Made by a program: the position numbers and the translations under genes. Positions 38,703 to 48,382 of a stretch of 64,000 bases of DNA are shown here, piece after piece. The notes beneath the pieces were generated by a model. It saw nothing but the letters and a program-made list of their open reading frames with translations, had not been told where the DNA came from and did no database searches. Each line of letters begins with the position of its first letter. Positions within the stretch are counted from its first letter, which is position 1. Source of the DNA: an uncultured Nitrospiraceae bacterium (GTDB lineage: Bacteria > Nitrospirota > Thermodesulfovibrionia > Thermodesulfovibrionales > SM23-35); assembly GCA_963727775.1 (NCBI GenBank), contig CAVSHB010000001.1, forward strand, positions 1,152,001 through 1,216,000. The letters run 5' to 3'.

Positions 38703-39467
38703 TTACTCTTTTCTCTCGAATGACTTACCGGCCACAAGCACAAAAAGAATAGATGAAAAAATAATCACCGCCATGCATATCCATATTGAAAAATCAGGCC
38801 CCATCGGTCCGGTTTCGTGAGGGAAGAGGGCATGTTTCAATGCATCAATTCCGTAAGTGAGCGGGTTCAGTTTCGCCGCTATCCTGAGAACGGCCGGCAA
38901 GAGCTTTACAGGGTACATGGCGCCCGAGAGAAAAAACATCGGCATTATAATGAAATTCATTATTACACTGAAGCTTTCATAACTGTCGTAGAATGTTGCA
39001 AGTACGATACCGAAGGCAGAGATGCAGAATGACACGGATGCGCTTATGAAGATCACGGCCAATACCTGCATTAAGCCGAGCTTGAAGCCTATAACAGGGA
39101 ATAGGGCGAGAATAATTACAGCCTGTATAGTTGATATGATCGTACCGCTCAGTGCTTTTCCCACGACTATAGAAAGCCTTGATACCGGGGCAACGAGGAT
39201 TTCCTTCATAAACCCGAACTCTTTGTCCCAGATAATGGATATCGACGAAAATATTGAACTGAAGAGGATTGTCATCCCTATAATTCCGGGGAAGATGAAT
39301 TGTGTGTAGGGAACTCCTGTATTGCCGGGGACGAGTCTCGATATCCCGGCGCCGACTATAAACAGCCATAGCAAAGGCCTTGCTATTGCCGAGAACAGGC
39401 GGCTTTTCTCCCTGATGAATTTCTTGAATTCTCTGGCGACTATGACGTATATGGCGTTGAATTCCAT
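38703..39467 (-). CDS. ABC-2 type exporter permease
   Basis: Six TMs; WDKEFGFMKEILVAP; PMFFLSGA; NPLTY. Confidence 0.92.
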   Translation of the reverse strand: MEFNAIYVIVAREFKKFIREKSRLFSAIARPLLWLFIVGAGISRLVPGNTGVPYTQFIFPGIIGMTILFSSIFSSISIIWDKEFGFMKEILVAPVSRLSIVVGKALSGTIISTIQAVIILALFPVIGFKLGLMQVLAVIFISASVSFCISAFGIVLATFYDSYESFSVIMNFIIMPMFFLSGAMYPVKLLPAVLRIAAKLNPLTYGIDALKHALFPHETGPMGPDFSIWICMAVIIFSSILFVLVAGKSFERKE

Positions 39468-39489
39468 TCTAATCCTCGGAGGGTTTCTT

Positions 39490-40467
39490 TCAATGTCTTC
39501 TCCTGTATGAGCGTAAGGATTCCTTGATAGAATCCCCTGTGGTTACCTCTTCTTCTCTTATTGTCTTGCCGGTAAGCTTTAAAAATACATCATTCAGAGT
39601 AGGCCTCTCAATTTTTACGGATATGACCTTTTCCCCCAGCGCTCTTATGAGTTCAGGGATGCAGGTATCAGCCTTATTACATGTCATATACAATTCATCC
39701 CCCTTTTCTGCAACAGTAAGGTCAAGTATCTTTTCTATTTCACTCCTTGCGGTTTTATTGTCCGTAGTCGTTATGGAAACGACGTCTCCGCCGACGGTTT
39801 TTTTCAATTCCTCAGGAGTTCCCATAGCAATTATATTTCCGTTATCGATGATCCCGATCCTGTCGCAAACCTCTGCCTCTTCCATGTAATGGGTGGTCAT
39901 AAATATGGTCACGTTATGCTTTTTGGGGAGTTGCGTAATAAATTCCCACAGGTTTGTCCTGCTTTGAGGGTCAAGCCCGAGAGTCGGTTCATCAAGGAAA
40001 AATACCCTTGGACGGTGGATCAATCCCCTTGCTATTTCAAGTTTTCTTTTCATTCCGCCTGAGAATTTTTTGACGAGGTCATCCTTTCTTTCATACAGGT
40101 CTACAAATCGAAGGACTTCATCAACACGTCCTTTTATCTTGTCCTTGCCGACATTGTACAGATAGGCATGAAAGACAAGGTTTTCATAAGCAGTCAGGTC
40201 TTTGTCCAGAGTAGTGTCCTGAAATACTATTCCGATAGCTTTCCTTACCTCCGATGGGTTTGTCATGCAGTCATGACCCGCGATAAAAGCCTTACCGGAA
40301 GTGGGGGAAAGAAGTGTACAGAGAATATTTATAGTGGTGGTTTTTCCCGCGCCGTTCGGACCGAGGAACCCGAAGATCGTGCCTTCTTCCACTTCAAAGG
40401 AGATATTATTGACAGCCGTAATATTCCCGAATTTCTTTACAAGGTTTTCTACGCGGATGACATACAT
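39490..40467 (-). CDS. ABC exporter ATP-binding protein (DrrA/NodI-like)
   Basis: GPNGAGKT, FSGGM, LDEPTLGLD, TTHYMEEA, PTLNDVFL. Confidence 0.94.
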   Translation of the reverse strand: MYVIRVENLVKKFGNITAVNNISFEVEEGTIFGFLGPNGAGKTTTINILCTLLSPTSGKAFIAGHDCMTNPSEVRKAIGIVFQDTTLDKDLTAYENLVFHAYLYNVGKDKIKGRVDEVLRFVDLYERKDDLVKKFSGGMKRKLEIARGLIHRPRVFFLDEPTLGLDPQSRTNLWEFITQLPKKHNVTIFMTTHYMEEAEVCDRIGIIDNGNIIAMGTPEELKKTVGGDVVSITTTDNKTARSEIEKILDLTVAEKGDELYMTCNKADTCIPELIRALGEKVISVKIERPTLNDVFLKLTGKTIREEEVTTGDSIKESLRSYRRRH

Positions 40468-40619
40468 TTATCTGTACCAGTCTACCTTATTTCCCGGTAT
40501 ATGCATGGACCTGTGACGATAGTATTTTTGATGTAATATCCATATGTTATATAATTATAATCAAGTAAATGTTTATGTATTATGCACATTCTACATGATT
40601 CCAATGCGGGGGGCATAGG

Positions 40620-40779
40620 CTCTTTATAAAGAACCTTTCCCGCATATTTATCTAATGCCTCAACCCTTTCCCCCGGTATTTGGTTTCTTGATCGCGGGTT
40701 CGCGGGTACAGGAAAGCAGGATTGCAGGCAACAAAAAAATGATCAGAAATAGTCCTGATTTTGCCGCGTCTGTCAGCAC
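40620..40779 (-). pseudogene. Decayed lipoprotein, possibly a TlpA-like redoxin remnant
   Basis: GTG overlaps the upstream stop; signal plus lipobox LLSC; stop at 40660; the shifted frame reads LDKYAGKVL. Confidence 0.35.
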
Positions 40780-40913
40780 TTTTTCTTAGAAGTTCCCGAC
40801 TTCTTCCTGTTTACGCTTCAGGAAGGAACTCCCAATTTTGGAAATACAGCAAATTGCAAAATAATCCAAATCGCCAGAATACCCAAGGTTATCAGCCAAT
40901 CCCAGTTTTTCAT
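40773..40913 (-). CDS. Putative small single-TM selenoprotein (46 aa with Sec32; 31 aa if UGA terminates)
   Basis: MKNWDWLITLGILAIWIILQFAVFPKLGVPS-UGA-SVNRKKSGTSKKKC*; hairpin AGAAGT-CGGGA-ACTTCT starts 14 nt after the UGA. Confidence 0.55.
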
Positions 40914-40945
40914 TTCGATAAAGTCTTCCTTTATTGGTTAATATA

Positions 40946-41713
40946 TTATTTTTTATCGACTAAATTCTTAATTGCATTTGCGTCTCTATATCCCATAACG
41001 ATCCTTCCATCCGGCATTATTAACGCGGGGGCGCCTGTGATGCCGATACTCTCCGCGAGTTTTACATTATCATCAACGATGGAAGTCTTGCATTTGGGAG
41101 CAGGCAGTTCTTTTTTAGCAAAGGAGTCTTCAAGGAGTGCAAGTGATTTTTCACACACGATAGCTTTGGCTTTGTCATAAGCTTTCGGATGCATCTTTAG
41201 CGGGTTCATTTTTATGTAAAAAGAAATGTCCTTTCTTTCCTTGACTATCTTCTTCATCTCCTGATGAAGTTTTGCGCAGTAGGGTCATTCGGGGTCATCG
41301 AATACAATAACCTTATGTTTGGCTTCTGCTTTGCCCATGACAAGCGCGTCTTTAAGGGGTATCCGTGATACATCGGTCCTATTTATCTCGGAGAGGCTTT
41401 TCTCCGTGAGGTTCTTCTTTCCATGAATTTCTATCAATGTCCCGGAAAAAATATGCTTCTTGGGCAGGTCGATATACACAATCCCCTTCTTTCCGTTCGT
41501 TTCTACAGAAACCTCCCACAAGCATCTCACACTGCTGATATTTACATTTAGGACCTTTAGATCTTTGTCGAAGTTTTTCAAGAGGGCCGAGGCCTCCTCT
41601 TTTTTCAGCGTGTGGCACTTCAGACAGTCCTGGCCTTTGGATGAAAAGGCATATGAATCGGATACAGAGAATAACAGTTGTATGATAGACAAAAATAAAA
41701 TAACCTTACGCAT
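40946..41713 (-). CDS. DsbC/DsbG-like thiol-disulfide oxidoreductase, selenoprotein (UxxC), 255 aa
   Basis: Two track ORFs lie in one frame joined by a single TGA (41285-41287): VFDDPE-U-PYC-AKLH. GITGAP cis-Pro motif, signal peptide, AAGGAG RBS. Confidence 0.9.
41252..41269 (-). promoter_or_regulatory. Putative bacterial SECIS element
   Basis: CTTCATC-AGGA-GATGAAG, perfect 7-bp stem; the loop follows 22 nt after the UGA and has G at position 2. Confidence 0.7.
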
Positions 41714-41949
41714 ATAACATCTCCTTAGCCTATATAATTCATAAAATTCTAATCCTATGGCGGATATAGTATTCTCGCTCATTCTCGGCCCGATATACAT
41801 CGAGCCTCCGAGGTAAATTCTTTCTGTGAAAGAATATAGCCGCTCCAATACTACATCCGCCATCAATTTTATGACTTATATGAGTTAGATAGTTCATATT
41901 AACATAAATAGAGTCAGTCCATAAACTGACAGATTTATAAAAAGCATCT

Positions 41950-41972
41950 TTCCCGCGAAGGCGGGAACCCAG
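41950..41972. repeat. REP-like hairpin
   Basis: TTCCCGC-GAAG-GCGGGAA-CCCAG, a single intergenic copy. Confidence 0.55.
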
Positions 41973-42038
41973 GTTTTTAAGACATTCTGAATGCGTCAAT
42001 TTTGATATAATTTATCTATAACGTAAAGGAGGAAGGAT

Positions 42039-42611
42039 ATGAAGGTTGTAGCTTTAAACGGAAGCCCGAGAAAAACAGGAAATACCTATCATTCTATTCA
42101 GGTAGTTTTCGAGGAGCTTAAGAAAGAAGGGATAGAGACTGAGCTGATCCAGCTCGGAGGGTCTGATATAAAGGCATGCAGTGCATGCTTCAAATGCTAT
42201 GAAAAGAAAAACGGGTTATGTGTTCGGAAAGACGCCTTTAATTTATATATGGAGAGAATGATAAAGGCGGAGGGCATCATTATAGGTTCTCCAACATATT
42301 TCAGTAATGTTTCTACCGAGGTAAAGGCGCTTATCGACAGGGCAGGATTGGTTGCCATTGCGAATGACCATCTTTTGAAAAGGAAAGTCGGAGCGGCGGT
42401 AGTGTCGGTCAGAAGGGCCGGGGCCACCCATGTCTATTCGAGCATCAATTATTTTTTCGGCATCAATCATATGATAATTCCGGGATCATCTTACTGGAAT
42501 CTCGGTGTAGGTCTGGATCCGGGTGATGTGATGAAAGATAAAGAAGGGGTAGAAACGTTCAGGAATTTAGGGCAGAATATGGCGTGGCTCCTTAACAAAC
42601 TTTACGGGTAA
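42039..42611 (+). CDS. Flavodoxin-like iron-sulfur flavoprotein (Isf/WrbA-type)
   Basis: NGSPRKTGNT, CSACFKC...C, GSPTYF. Confidence 0.9.
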   Translation: MKVVALNGSPRKTGNTYHSIQVVFEELKKEGIETELIQLGGSDIKACSACFKCYEKKNGLCVRKDAFNLYMERMIKAEGIIIGSPTYFSNVSTEVKALIDRAGLVAIANDHLLKRKVGAAVVSVRRAGATHVYSSINYFFGINHMIIPGSSYWNLGVGLDPGDVMKDKEGVETFRNLGQNMAWLLNKLYG

Positions 42612-42662
42612 ATACAGTTTACCTTGAAAAATGCGGCATTATTTTGCTGATTGCAGCCTGGG

Positions 42663-43787
42663 TCAAAGCCCTAATTTATCGAACAGCCTGACAATGATTG
42701 TATTTGATATAACTATCCCTTTTCTTGTAAGCCTGAGGTGATTATTTCCAATTTCCAGATAGCCTTCGTCAATTAATCCTTTGCCGGCAGCTGATAAACT
42801 TAAGCCGAGTTTTGCTGCTTTCATGGTATTAATGCCTTCAGTCTTTCTAAGACCCAAAAAAATGAGTTCCTTCAGTGCATCTTCTGCCGTAACTTTTGCG
42901 GACCATGTCTCGGCCAATTTTCCCTGATTCAGATTTTCTACATAGTTCCGTATATCTTTCGTATTCATTGAGCGGACTCCGTTGACAAATGAATGGGCCC
43001 CCGCGCCGGCCCCAATATACTCACCTCTGTTCCAATAATTGAGGTTGTGAACGCATTTGAATGCCGGCAGAGCAAAGTTGGATATCTCGTAATGTTCGTA
43101 CCCGCGGTCCGCTATAAAATCTATTATATAATTGTACATTTCAAGGACAAGTTCTTCGTCCGGCATTTTGATTTTGCCGGATTCAATGAGTCTGTATAGC
43201 TGGGTATTTTCTTCAGGTGTAAGTTCATAAGTGGAGATATGGGCAGGTAGAAATTCTAATGCCTTTGTGATAGATGCGCGCCATGATTCCATGGTTTGTC
43301 CCGGAATTCCATAGATCAAATCAATCGAAAAATTATCTGCTCCGGCCTTTTTTATCAGTTCCAGCGATCTTAAAGAGTCTTTTGAAGTGTGGATCCGTCC
43401 GAGTGCTTGAAGTTCAATGTCATTGAATGATTGTGCCCCAATACTCAGCCTGTTGACGCCGGTGGAAAGCATTCCGTTGATCTTTGATTCAGTGATAGTT
43501 CCGGGGTTGGCCTCGACGGTTATTTCAGCGGAATCCTCGAAACTGAAATTGTCCAGCAGGCATTCGAATAATCTCGCAAAGCATTCACCGGAAAGCAATG
43601 AAGGTGTTCCGCCGCCTATATAAACTGTTTTAAGTGAATCAGCAGAACCTTTCTTTAAAGACAACTCTCCGCATAAGGCATGGATATAAGACGAGACAAG
43701 TTTTTCTTCATAAGGCACTGAGAAGAAATCGCAATAAACACATTTTTGAACGCAGAATGGAATGTGGATATAGAGAAAATCAGGCAT
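42663..43787 (-). CDS. hemW: Radical SAM heme chaperone HemW
   Basis: LYIHIPFCVQKCVYCDF, GGGTPS, YEISNFA, HNLNYW. Confidence 0.93.
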   Translation of the reverse strand: MPDFLYIHIPFCVQKCVYCDFFSVPYEEKLVSSYIHALCGELSLKKGSADSLKTVYIGGGTPSLLSGECFARLFECLLDNFSFEDSAEITVEANPGTITESKINGMLSTGVNRLSIGAQSFNDIELQALGRIHTSKDSLRSLELIKKAGADNFSIDLIYGIPGQTMESWRASITKALEFLPAHISTYELTPEENTQLYRLIESGKIKMPDEELVLEMYNYIIDFIADRGYEHYEISNFALPAFKCVHNLNYWNRGEYIGAGAGAHSFVNGVRSMNTKDIRNYVENLNQGKLAETWSAKVTAEDALKELIFLGLRKTEGINTMKAAKLGLSLSAAGKGLIDEGYLEIGNNHLRLTRKGIVISNTIIVRLFDKLGL

Positions 43788-43822
43788 GGTTATGGTATTT
43801 TATGTCCAAAAGTCATGACATA

Positions 43823-45700
43823 TCACCCTCCATTATAGCTCCCTTTAATCTCAACAAGATACCGTGACGGCAGCATTTGGTAGGTCCTCCCGAACTTCCT
43901 TCTGTAATCAATGGATGAAAGGTAGAGCCTCTCCTTTGCTCTGGTACAAGCCACATAAAAGAGTCGTCTTTCTTCTTCCAATGCTGCACCGCTGATAATC
44001 GACTGTTCTGATGGGAAAATCCCTTCTTCAAGGGCTGGAAGAAAGACTACGGACCACTCAAGTCCCTTTGCAGCATGTATAGTCATTATCTTAACACTTT
44101 CTTCCTGGCTGATTCCGTCCTGCTCTGACGCAAGAAGACTGTCTTCCATAAACTCTGAAAAGGGGATACCATTCGTTTCAATGGACAGCAACACGTTACA
44201 GAGTTCCGAGATATTCTCGATCCGCTCCTTGTAGTCTTCTTTGTATTCCTCTTTCAGGTATTCGAGGTAGTTCATCTCCTGGATGATACGCATAAGGACA
44301 GTATAGGGCTGTTCTTCCACCATATCCCCGTGTCTCGACAGCATGCTTATAAGCGCATCCGCGTTTTCCCTTTGTTTACGCGAAAGCCTGGCGTCTTTCA
44401 GGGCCTGCAACCAGTCGGCAGTGAAGTTGTCCGTTATCACCGCGACGGCCTTCTTCCCGATACCTCGCGAAGGCGTATTAACGACCCGGACGAAGGCCGC
44501 ACCATCTCTGGAGTTGGCCATAAGCCTGAGATAGCAAAGCAGGTCTCTTACCTCAGCCCTATCGTAAAAGGCCAGGCCCCTGACGATTTCATAAGGGATG
44601 CCGTACTGCATGAAGGTACTTTCCAATCCCCGGGAGAGGAAACTCATCCGTATCAGGACTGCCATATCCGAATAGGAGTACGTTGCAGTGAGGTCTTTGA
44701 TCTTGTCGGCTATACGCCTGTTTTCCGTATTATTGTCTGCCGCATTACGGTACTCCACTTCTCCATCTTCTTCCTTATCGGTGTAAAGCGTGAGGACTTT
44801 GTCAGACCACATACTGTCTACTCCACTGATGACGATGTTGGCTACTTCGAGGATTTTTTTCGTGGACCGGTAATTTTTTTCGAGCCTCATTTCAGTGGCC
44901 TTAAAGTCCCGTCCGAATTTCAGGATGTTTTCCGGAACGGCCCCGCGCCAGGTGTAAATTGTCTGGAAGGGGTCTCCCACCACAAAGATATTCTTCTTGT
45001 TACCGGCAGAAAGCAGTTCTGTCAGGGAATACTGTATCTCGTTCGTATCCTGGAATTCATCCACCATAAAAAAATCATAGCGGTCCTGCCATTTCTTTAA
45101 TATCTCGGGCCTGTCTAAGAAAAGATGGGTAGTGTAATAGATGAGGTCATCGTAGTCCAGAGCGTTTGATTGTTCCAGTCCCCTTTGATAGGCCCTTGCC
45201 ACTTCTGCATACTCGTCCTGGGGGAAGGGCAGGGAAGCGATATATTTTACGATGTTTCCCCTATATGCCTGCTTCGCCTTCGAGATGGTCCTTTTGGCAT
45301 CATCCATTTCCTTGGGATCCAGGTCGAACCCCTTCAGTATGTCCTTCAGCAGCTTCTTACTGTCCGTCTGATCGTAGATGATAAATTTCTTGTCGAAGCT
45401 CTTTCCAAGGGAGGCTATATCTTCCCGGAGCACCCTAACGCAGAACGAGTGGAAGGTGCTTATAGAGTGGGGCTTGATAGAGAGCATTCTTTCGACGCGA
45501 TTGGCCATTTCCTGGGCGGCTTTCTTCGTGAAGGTGATGGCGAGAATCCGATGGGGCTTGAAACCCTTCTCCCTGATAAGATAGCCTATCTTGTGCGTAA
45601 GGACTTTGGTCTTGCCGCTGCCCGCGCCGGCCAAAAGCAACAGAGGTGAGCCGAAATGCTCGACGGCAGCTTTCTGTTCTTTATTAAGTCCTTTTAGCAT
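43823..45700 (-). CDS. UvrD/PcrA-family DNA helicase
   Basis: AGAGSGKT, VDEFQDTN, GDPFQTIY, NYRS, TIHAAKGLE, EERRLFYVACTRA. Confidence 0.95.
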   Translation of the reverse strand: MLKGLNKEQKAAVEHFGSPLLLLAGAGSGKTKVLTHKIGYLIREKGFKPHRILAITFTKKAAQEMANRVERMLSIKPHSISTFHSFCVRVLREDIASLGKSFDKKFIIYDQTDSKKLLKDILKGFDLDPKEMDDAKRTISKAKQAYRGNIVKYIASLPFPQDEYAEVARAYQRGLEQSNALDYDDLIYYTTHLFLDRPEILKKWQDRYDFFMVDEFQDTNEIQYSLTELLSAGNKKNIFVVGDPFQTIYTWRGAVPENILKFGRDFKATEMRLEKNYRSTKKILEVANIVISGVDSMWSDKVLTLYTDKEEDGEVEYRNAADNNTENRRIADKIKDLTATYSYSDMAVLIRMSFLSRGLESTFMQYGIPYEIVRGLAFYDRAEVRDLLCYLRLMANSRDGAAFVRVVNTPSRGIGKKAVAVITDNFTADWLQALKDARLSRKQRENADALISMLSRHGDMVEEQPYTVLMRIIQEMNYLEYLKEEYKEDYKERIENISELCNVLLSIETNGIPFSEFMEDSLLASEQDGISQEESVKIMTIHAAKGLEWSVVFLPALEEGIFPSEQSIISGAALEEERRLFYVACTRAKERLYLSSIDYRRKFGRTYQMLPSRYLVEIKGSYNGG

Positions 45701-45917
45701 TCTTTTTCGAAGGAGGCATCCTGATAATCTTCCATTTCTTATAAGTATAAAACATGTCTGTTCTTAAGGACATCTTTTCTTGCGCTCTCATTAGGAGAGC
45801 TGCTTCCTGAAAGCCGCAGCCTTTCAACTTAAACGGTTTGTGCAAGTTATATCCTGAAGCCTATTGGAAAGAATTGACAATGTACTATATTGTTGTATAT
45901 ATTGAATATATACTTAT

Positions 45918-46241
45918 ATGAAAGATTGGACTGATATATTATCTTTTGCCGAAGACTTCGAATGGGATGAAGGAAATATTAAAAAAAACTGGGAGAGACA
46001 TCGCGTCTCTCATATAGAGTGCGAAGAGATTTTTTTTAACAGACCGATCATTGTCAAAAAGGATGAGCCGCACTCGACAAGTGAGGACAGATATTTTATC
46101 TTAGGTAAAACAGACGCCGGTAGATTGCTTTTCATTGTTTTTACGTTGAGGAGCAATAAGATAAGAATAATTTTGGCACGTGCCATGAACCGGAAGGAGA
46201 GAAAGATATATGAGGAAACTCAAGAAGATACCCAAGTTTAA
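45918..46241 (+). CDS. brnT: BrnT-family toxin
   Basis: FEWDEGN...KNWERH...HSTSEDRY...IRIILAR. Confidence 0.88.
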   Translation: MKDWTDILSFAEDFEWDEGNIKKNWERHRVSHIECEEIFFNRPIIVKKDEPHSTSEDRYFILGKTDAGRLLFIVFTLRSNKIRIILARAMNRKERKIYEETQEDTQV

Positions 46242-46491
46242 GAACGAAGCAGAGGAAGTTGAGTTCTGGGCAACGCATGATTCGATTGAATATGTTGATT
46301 ATTCGAAGGCCAGACGTATCATTTTCCCGAACTTAAAGCCATCTACCAGGACGATTTCGATTCGTCTTCCGGAAGCTCTTCTCGAACATCTCAAAGTTCT
46401 TGCCAACAAGAGAGACGTGCCCTATCAGTCACTTTTGAAAATGTTTCTGTCTGAGAAGGTGGCAGAAGAATTGCACATCGTAAGCAAATAG
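46210..46491 (+). CDS. BrnA/CopG-type antitoxin
   Basis: IPKFKNEAEEVEFWATHD...ISIRLP...VPYQSLLK. Confidence 0.88.
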   Translation: MRKLKKIPKFKNEAEEVEFWATHDSIEYVDYSKARRIIFPNLKPSTRTISIRLPEALLEHLKVLANKRDVPYQSLLKMFLSEKVAEELHIVSK

Positions 46492-46763
46492 GATGCTGGA
46501 GATCGTGTGAAATGCGGGCACAGTTATCTTTTCTGTTTTCGAAATTCGGATTTGACCTCACGCGGATCAACCCTGACTACAATACCTTCGTGATGTTTGC
46601 TCGCAGGGGGCAGCCCTCATCAACACCGTCTTAGTGCAGGAGAAAATAAACAACCCGAAAAGATGCGTCCTTTTTTTCTCTTTCTTGCTGGACTTTATAC
46701 CTCTTAAATCTGATATAATTATGCTAATTTGAAATGGTTCATATTTACTTGGAGGTAAATGAA

Positions 46764-46964
46764 ATGGTACAAGGAACTGTGAAATGGTTTAACGAGAGTA
46801 AAGGTTTCGGATTCATTACTGCTGAAGACGGCACCGATGTTTTTGTCCACCACACGTCTATCCAGGGCAGTGGGTTTAAAACCCTTGCTGAAGGTGACAA
46901 GGTTAGTTTTGATATTGAAAAAGGCCCAAAAGGTCCCAAAGCGATCAATGTCGTTAAAATGTAA
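46764..46964 (+). CDS. csp: Cold-shock protein
   Basis: [28 protein letters not shown]. Confidence 0.97.
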   Translation: MVQGTVKWFNESKGFGFITAEDGTDVFVHHTSIQGSGFKTLAEGDKVSFDIEKGPKGPKAINVVKM

Positions 46965-47192
46965 TTAGATTGAAAAGGTCCTTTTTTCGTTGCTGGGAAT
47001 TTCTTTATTGCAAACAAGACTGAAATATCTCCACCGAGAAGAAAAAGTATCCTTTTTATAGTGACCCGCTCAATGGTGTTCCTTTTCATGGTTTTCACCG
47101 CTGTGCTGTTATTGGGAGCATGTGGCGCCGATAAGCTTGAGTGAAAATGACACTGGTGCTATTGGATCCGGCGGGATGGTATAATGAAAATC

Positions 47193-47507
47193 ATGAGTGA
47201 TCAAGATAATAAAGGGCTGAGGAGACCTGTAAGACTTACTTGCAGAGAAGACATTTCGATAGATGGCCTGACCCAGTGTGCCATTGCAGATATAAGTGAA
47301 GGTGGTCTTTTCATTTCTACAATTCAACATTTTGAAACGGATGAAGTGATTGAGGTCGCCATCCCCATGAAGAGAAAAAAGATAACAGTTAGGGCGCAAG
47401 TAAAGTATTGCCAACCGGGCATCGGTGCAGGCGTCGCTTTTATTGATTTGAATGATGATCAGAGAGCGAAAATTAAAGAATTAATCGAGAGCATCGCAAA
47501 AGGATAA
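47193..47507 (+). CDS. PilZ domain protein
   Basis: RRPVR and DISEGG motifs. Confidence 0.88.
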   Translation: MSDQDNKGLRRPVRLTCREDISIDGLTQCAIADISEGGLFISTIQHFETDEVIEVAIPMKRKKITVRAQVKYCQPGIGAGVAFIDLNDDQRAKIKELIESIAKG

Positions 47508-47557
47508 CGCCAATAATTTTGGGGGAAACAATATTTAGAGATTAAGATTTCTTAAAT

Positions 47558-47794
47558 TCAAACCGCCTGACCTGCAATTTCCCGCACGTGCAATATTTCT
47601 TTATTATTCATTAGCCGGATGTCACTTGAGGTAAGGGTAAAGACTGCAATGGTCCTTCCCTCCGCAGTCACGAATTCAACTTCAAAAGCATTGCCGTCAC
47701 TGTAGCAATGTACTATCGCGCCTATATCGCCTTTCTTTAAGCCATATTCATCAATGTCATGCGTCAGAACAACCGTATCTAATTCTCTAATCAT
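47558..47794 (-). CDS. DUF4926 domain protein
   Basis: ELDTVVLTHDI...GLKKGDIGAIVHCY...FEVEFV. Confidence 0.85.
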   Translation of the reverse strand: MIRELDTVVLTHDIDEYGLKKGDIGAIVHCYSDGNAFEVEFVTAEGRTIAVFTLTSSDIRLMNNKEILHVREIAGQAV

Positions 47795-47818
47795 AATTCT
47801 GTCCTCCTTTCAAACGAC

Positions 47819-48042
47819 TTACACCGGGTATGCGGTCACAAACCGCGCTCTGCATCTGTATTTTTTGAGAAATAGTCATATTCGGTGAATTGAGCTCCAA
47901 CGTTGTAAAAGGCGTCAAGAGCGTAAAGAACAGTGGATTTGCCTGTCCCATTTCGACCAATGATTGCGGTAAGTGTATCGCAACTGATATCCACATCTCT
48001 TAAAGAACGAAAGTTCTCAATATGAATATTTTGAATAATCAT
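47819..48042 (-). pseudogene. Deletion scar: N-terminus of an OLD-family/ABC-type ATPase joined to the C-terminal tail of a DUF6883-like gene
   Basis: IENFRSL...IIGRNGTGKST (Walker A) ends after about 65 aa; another frame ends ARFVTAYPV* just before DUF4926. Confidence 0.7.
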
Positions 48043-48382
48043 GCGGACTTCCTGATGTTCAGCTCTGCCATATTACTTCCTCGCCGAGCAAAAAAAGAAA
48101 GGGTTTTTCTGAGGTGCTTGTTTTGAGGGTTCGTCCGAATGGGGCAAAGAGGGCTGCGGCTGGTTCATTCGTGAGGAAAATTAACTCATTATCCAAGTTA
48201 CCGTTACCCCCTTAAGATTGACTCCGTCATATGGAATGAATCTTAATCACGGCGATATTGTATTAAATTATCGATTGTTTTGGCAATTGAGGTAATCTCT
48301 TTTACCACTTGGGGTCATACTTTATGCATGTTAAAGGCAAAGACTTTTTCCCGGCGCGGTTGTGGAAAGATATTGACAAGAA

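Noticed and set aside
40660..40662. Third Sec codon in the lipoprotein remnant
   Set aside because: TAA follows after three codons, there is no redox motif context, and no convincing hairpin
41714..41866. N-terminal extension of the DsbC-like ORF given by the track
   Set aside because: The RBS and signal peptide point to ATG 41713 as the start
47061..47144. 27-aa lipoprotein-signal ORF ending in TGA as another selenoprotein
   Set aside because: A second TGA follows after one codon and there is no SECIS-like stem; at most a gene remnant
43823..48042. Gabija (OLD + UvrD) defence system
   Set aside because: The OLD-like gene is only a fragment over 2 kb away with unrelated genes between, and the helicase looks like a standard PcrA/UvrD
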